This document shows, in pieces, positions 59,458 through 64,000 of a DNA stretch of 64,000 nt. The stretch comes from Oikopleura dioica (lineage: Eukaryota; Animalia; Chordata): the NCBI GenBank assembly GCA_907165135.1, contig OU015567.1:5704001-5768000 (forward strand), given 5' to 3'. How positions within the stretch are numbered: position 1 is the first letter of the stretch; each line of letters opens with the position of its first letter. The notes below the pieces were generated by a model. It was given only the letters and a program-made list of their open reading frames with translations. It had not been told where the DNA came from and made no database searches. Both the position numbers and the translations under genes were made by a program.

Positions 59458-61110
59458 ATGGGGCGCTTGTTGTGATTACCAAGCAGAGAAAAGATCAAGA
59501 AAATTTTCTGAAAATTGTTGCAGAGGATAGAGCGACAGAAAGTCTTCCAGTTGACATGCCCAATAATTGTATGCTTATTTGATTTTATTTTCTATTTTTA
59601 TATAATCTCAGTCACCCGGACTCAAATCAAATCGCTGCGAAGAAAGTTCAACGAAATCGCCAACCAAGGCCGAAAAGTTAAAAAGCCCGGTTTCATGATC
59701 AAAGAGCTCACTAAGAAGCAGTTCATCTTGTTTTACGACGACTTGTTCAGTGTGACCCACAGTGGAAAGGAAGGCCTCTCCTTCAGAAAGTAAGAAGAAC
59801 CCACTGGATTATTTTAAAAGGCGGTTTTTAGGCTAGGCGAGCGCGTATTTCTTACCATCAATAAGGACAGTACCATCGACTTCAAAGAGTTCCAGTACTT
59901 GATGTTCTTTCACAGCGAGGCCTCGGAAGAAGTCAAAAAGACCTGTAAGAGATAATTGATTTATTTCTTTCTTCGATCAGTTTTTTCGTCCAGTTATTTA
60001 CAAATTGCACGACTTGGATGACGGCGGCGATGTGGACTGGAAGGAGTTCAGAACCGTGGCAAGACTGATGCGGGGAAAAGACGACAAGAAGCAGTCGAAA
60101 GAACTAGAGGAGCAAATCAAGAGCGAGTTCAAAGAAAAGGCGGTTGGAAAATAAAAAAATCGCATTTTTTTTAATTTTTCAGGGCTCCGATCGAAAAATC
60201 TCGAAAGCGGAGTTTCTCGCAAGCAGCTACTCGACCAGCTGCGAAATGTACAAACTTCTGATCCACGCGAAAGTCAGGAGAAAGATGGGATTCACGACGA
60301 AGCCGCACGGGACCGACGAAATTATGCAGCGCACTGGATTCACCAAAGCGCAAGTTCAAATTCTTCAGAGGAAATTCAACAGGATCGCTTTCCGAAGTAA
60401 AGTTTCTTGCTTGAAGATTTGAATTTGACTTTTTCCAGGCAAATTGGGGAGAATAACCGGCGAAGCGCCCTACATTTCCAGAGAGCGATTCATCGACTAC
60501 TACGTCGACTTTTTCCACACTCACCACAAATCGGGCAATCCAACTCCCTTCGCCAGGTAAAGACGCTCTCAGAAACCAAGCCCACTGGTTCAGTCTAGTC
60601 TTCGACAGCATCGACGACGGCGAGGACGAAATCGCCAAGATCGAGTTTCACGAGTTCGCCAATCTCATCAGACTCCATGTCAACGCTTCGGACGAAGAGA
60701 GGAAACTCTGTTCGTGATATCTTCTTCTATAATCTATCTGATCGTTTGCATTAGGGATCTACAATCTTCACGATTTGGACGAAAGTGGAATCATAGAGGA
60801 GAAAGAGTTCGTCGACGTTGCGAGGTTTAAAAAAAAACAGAAAATATTCAACAGTTTCGATTTTTAGATGCATGAAAGGAACGATAGGCTATTTCACTGA
60901 AGAAGACAAAAAGAAAACCATCGACGAGTTCCGAAAAATCGCGGTACTCAGCGAGAAACTCGAAGTCTTAAATCACCAATGACGTTCTTTAGGGCGAAAA
61001 CAACTCGATCGAGAAGGACGAGTTTCTTCAGAGCGATTACGTCACCAACTGCGCGATCTTCAAGTCTCTAACTTCTAACCCCCTTTTTCAGCCGCTGGCT
61101 TGAAAGGAGT
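59458..61110 (+). CDS. EF-hand protein made of two neuronal-calcium-sensor-like units (ends approximate)
   Basis: TIDFKEF, DLDDGGDVDWKEF, GFTKAQVQILQRKF, KIEFHEF, DLDESGIIEEKEF. Confidence 0.7.
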
Positions 61111-61631
61111 CGAATTCAAGTTGAAGGCTTCCTGCTTTTATTAAGATGCAATAAACCAATTGGAATATTAATTTAAAGCCATCATTCCCGCAATCGGATG
61201 AAAATGATCTTTCTCCAAAAAAGTCAAAATGTAATCAATCAAGGTCTAGTTCTCCAACAACAAAGAACCCTTTGTTTCTCGAGCGTAATGCATCTCCTTG
61301 GAAATCAGGAACATCGCTCCTCTTCAGTTTTCTTTCCCAAGCCAAAAAATAAAACAGAGTCCTCAAGACTGGGCTTCTTCAGTGGAAAGAATAAACAGAG
61401 ATCTTATTTTTGCGATTCGGATCGTTTTTTGATAGTTGCTTTTTATCACTGTTGACTTGGAAACGGAAATTTGGCGTTTTATTTTTTGACAAATTTGCAT
61501 CAGAATTTGACAAGATCGAGAAGCTTTCTTGAAATTTATTTTATTGCCACAGGTGAAACCCTTTCTAGACCAAATAGAAGCAGAGAATTCCTCAAATACG
61601 ATCCAAACGGCGGAAAATTAAAAATTCAAAT

Positions 61632-62347
61632 ATGAAATTTACGGATGAAGACAAAATTCTAGAGTAAGATCGACTTCTGCTTACCTTAGAGGTTATTATT
61701 TTTCAGAGAAGCGAGAGAAGAAATCTCGGTGGATCAAGAACTGACAGAACTTCGAAATGAAGCCTCTTTTCTTCGCAAAGAAAACTTCGAATTGAAGGAG
61801 AAAACGAGAGAGCTGGAGGAGACGATCAGAGATCTTCGTAGAAACATGGCGATGATGCAAGGTAAAAGAGCGTGAAAAACGTTTGTTCACCAATTCTAGT
61901 GACGGACGAGGAAATCGAAGAAATCCGCGAAGAAATGAACGAGGAAATCAAGGAAGACTTCTCCGTCCAAGAATCCATGCCGAAAAGATGGGTTGCTTTT
62001 GGGCCAACTAGCTACTCTCAAAGTACGCTTTTTCAGTCATTCTTCTTTCTATCGAGTTCTAGTGCGAAACGGGGCAAAGATCAAGTTCACCCGAGGAAAA
62101 GACATCCTCACTGGTTTCGTCTGCTGGGTCGGGGAAACGCCAAAAGGCTCGAAAATCATGCGAATCGGGGCTGAAACTGAAGAGCCTCTTGCTAACCCAG
62201 GTTGGTAAGAGATTGGGAATCAGCGATTCTTACTGTTCAGACGACTGTGGAGACTTGTGGGAAGGAGACAAGACGAAGCAGGTGCTTCTTGCTCTGGACA
62301 AAATCATCGTCGCCTGGGACTGGGAAACCATCTTGCCCAAGTTGTAG
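61632..62347 (+). CDS. Hypothetical coiled-coil protein with a CAP-Gly-like C-terminal segment
   Basis: ELTELRNEASFLRKENFELKEK heptads; GFVCWVGETPKG...GAETEEP; short introns. Confidence 0.5.
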
Positions 62348-63419
62348 TTTTTGTGTTAAACCCTTCTAGTTGCATATAAACACGCGATAATAAACACAGC
62401 ATTTTTGCATTTATTCTCCGCTCTTATCACAAATGCGAAGGGCCGGCTTCATTTGACGAGTCCAACTGGCCGACCTGCTCGTTTTCAAAAGCTTCGTTGT
62501 TGTTATTTTTTGCAGGTGCGGGCGGCTCCTGGTACAACTCTTCCCGCTCTGAATTTTTCTCATTAAAAATCGCTTCGGTACTTTGTGAAGAAAAGGGTTG
62601 ATTTCCGCTGGGCTGTGTTCCAAATACAATTTCACTTTTTGATAAATTTTTCGGAAAATCCGATGCGGCGGCGGATCAATGCAGCGAATTTGGAATTCCA
62701 CTTTCCGCGGCGCGCTACTTCCGATTCAAACCGCCGCTCTTGGCATCGTCGAATCCGCCAAGAAGGGAGTTTTTGATGTTTTACCTTTGCTCCTGATCTT
62801 GTACTTTCTGTTCATGTAAGCAACCCAGGCGACGCCGAGGACCCAGACAATCGCTCCTTTTGAAACAAAATTGCATTATTTTTGTTGAGTTTTCAAACCG
62901 ATTATGGTCAGCGAGAGGTTGAGTTTCATGAACGGCTCGTAGCCCGGCGAGTTTCTCTTCAAATCTTGAGTTCTGGTTACTCAACTTTTCATTTTAATGA
63001 TTTTCTGCTTAAAAATGCAACCGGGCCCATGAGCTTTTCTTGAGAATTGCGAAAACGTAAAAGGTTGTCGACAAAGTTGTTTTTGGCGAGAATGAGCTTG
63101 TCGTTTCCAAATCTAACCATCTTTTCTCTTTTTCGAAAAATGAATGATTTCTATTCTGGATTCCGGATTTCTGTCAGTTTAAAAAGCGACTGTGCAAACT
63201 CGTAAAATTGAAAAAGCAGCTCTTGCAATTTCAGGAAAAAAGAAAATCGTCAATTTGAAATTGAGCTTTTTCTCCGAAAAAGAGAAATATTTATTAATTT
63301 AAACCGTCGTTTTTAAAAATAAACAAACAGAAATAAAATAGCAATTTAACGAGGTAGAGTGAGTTTTCGGTGGTGGCGTTTCAAAGTGTTTGTACAAAGG
63401 TTTTTCGAGTTTAAAAATA

Positions 63420-64000
63420 TACAGCGTTGTTGTCTTCGGAATGAACTCGGGAATTGAGGGGCGCGCGGACGGGCGAGGCTGCCGCGGAACTCAGGTCGGC
63501 TTGAAAACCGGTTGCGCCGGAGAAGGGACGGCTGGCCCTTCTTGTGGACGTGTGGCGCAGCGGAATGGAGTTCTGAAAAGGAGCATTTAGAAATTGATTG
63601 AGGACTGAATGATTATTGAAGGTTCAGTAAACTGAATCAGTGCTGTACCTGAGAGTGATCAGAAACATTGGTGGAGTGGGTGACTTCAGTCCTGTTCGAA
63701 TTGGCAGGTGCGGCTTCTACTTTATCGGAGCCGAGCGAGCTGGCAGACGTCGTCTTCAAATCGGAATGGCCGAACAGCAGTGGAATTTGCTCTCTCGCCA
63801 CTTTTTCGGATTCAAAGATTTCTCGTGGGTACTCTGCCATCGCTGAAATTCAATTTTAGAAAATAGTCTTTTTCGGAAAATAAAGTTTTTTGGTTGATTT
63901 TAGTTGAAAAACGTACCTTCGTGTTTTCCCTCGGATTTCATCAGTCTCAGTTGTTGTTGAGCGATTTCGAAGGCGGCTGCGTTTGGCTTGATTTTCTGCG
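63420..64000 (-). CDS. Partial hypothetical gene running off the window
   Basis: Low-complexity S/T/P-rich open frames separated by intron-like AT tracts; no recognisable motif. Confidence 0.3.

Noticed and set aside
62411-62990. Minus-strand ORF pieces
   Set aside because: Could not be assembled into a supported gene model or assigned a function

Overview
Eukaryotic window, very likely a larvacean tunicate of the Oikopleura dioica complex. This is inferred from ~40-60 nt introns, GA/GC splice donors, operon-like gene spacing, TTAGGG telomeres and a Tor-like LTR element. 1-20 kb: two chromosome ends joined across a 500-N gap (254-bp satellite > (TTAGGG)n | gap | (CCCTAA)n > ~15.3 kb of a 53-bp satellite); the two satellites share a core motif. 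20-45.8 kb: a minus-strand, telomere-facing chain of intron-retaining, internally deleted housekeeping-gene fragments (TUBGCP3, RSU1, PTGES2, AIMP1, MED16, ZDHHC16, NR2C2AP, WDR70, ANKZF1, N6AMT1, CWF19L2, CLTC). This chain carries a hAT MITE, nested TIR elements and hairpin-type (hAT-like) excision scars. It also contains an apparently coherent gene joining an SQ/TQ-rich region, a PDZ domain and CTCF-like zinc fingers 3-8. That gene is interrupted by a very young 8.0-kb Ty3/Gypsy LTR retrotransposon whose integrase ends in two tandem SAP-like modules. 46-64 kb: ordinary compact genes, including a 7-gene minus-strand operon (ZDHHC16, UBZ protein, B-box protein, NR2C2AP, CLPB, RPAP3, CYBA), GTF3C6, C5orf22, a signal-peptide choline-kinase-like gene and an EF-hand gene. 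All protein identities come from recalled motif similarity, not database searches, and exon boundaries are approximate.
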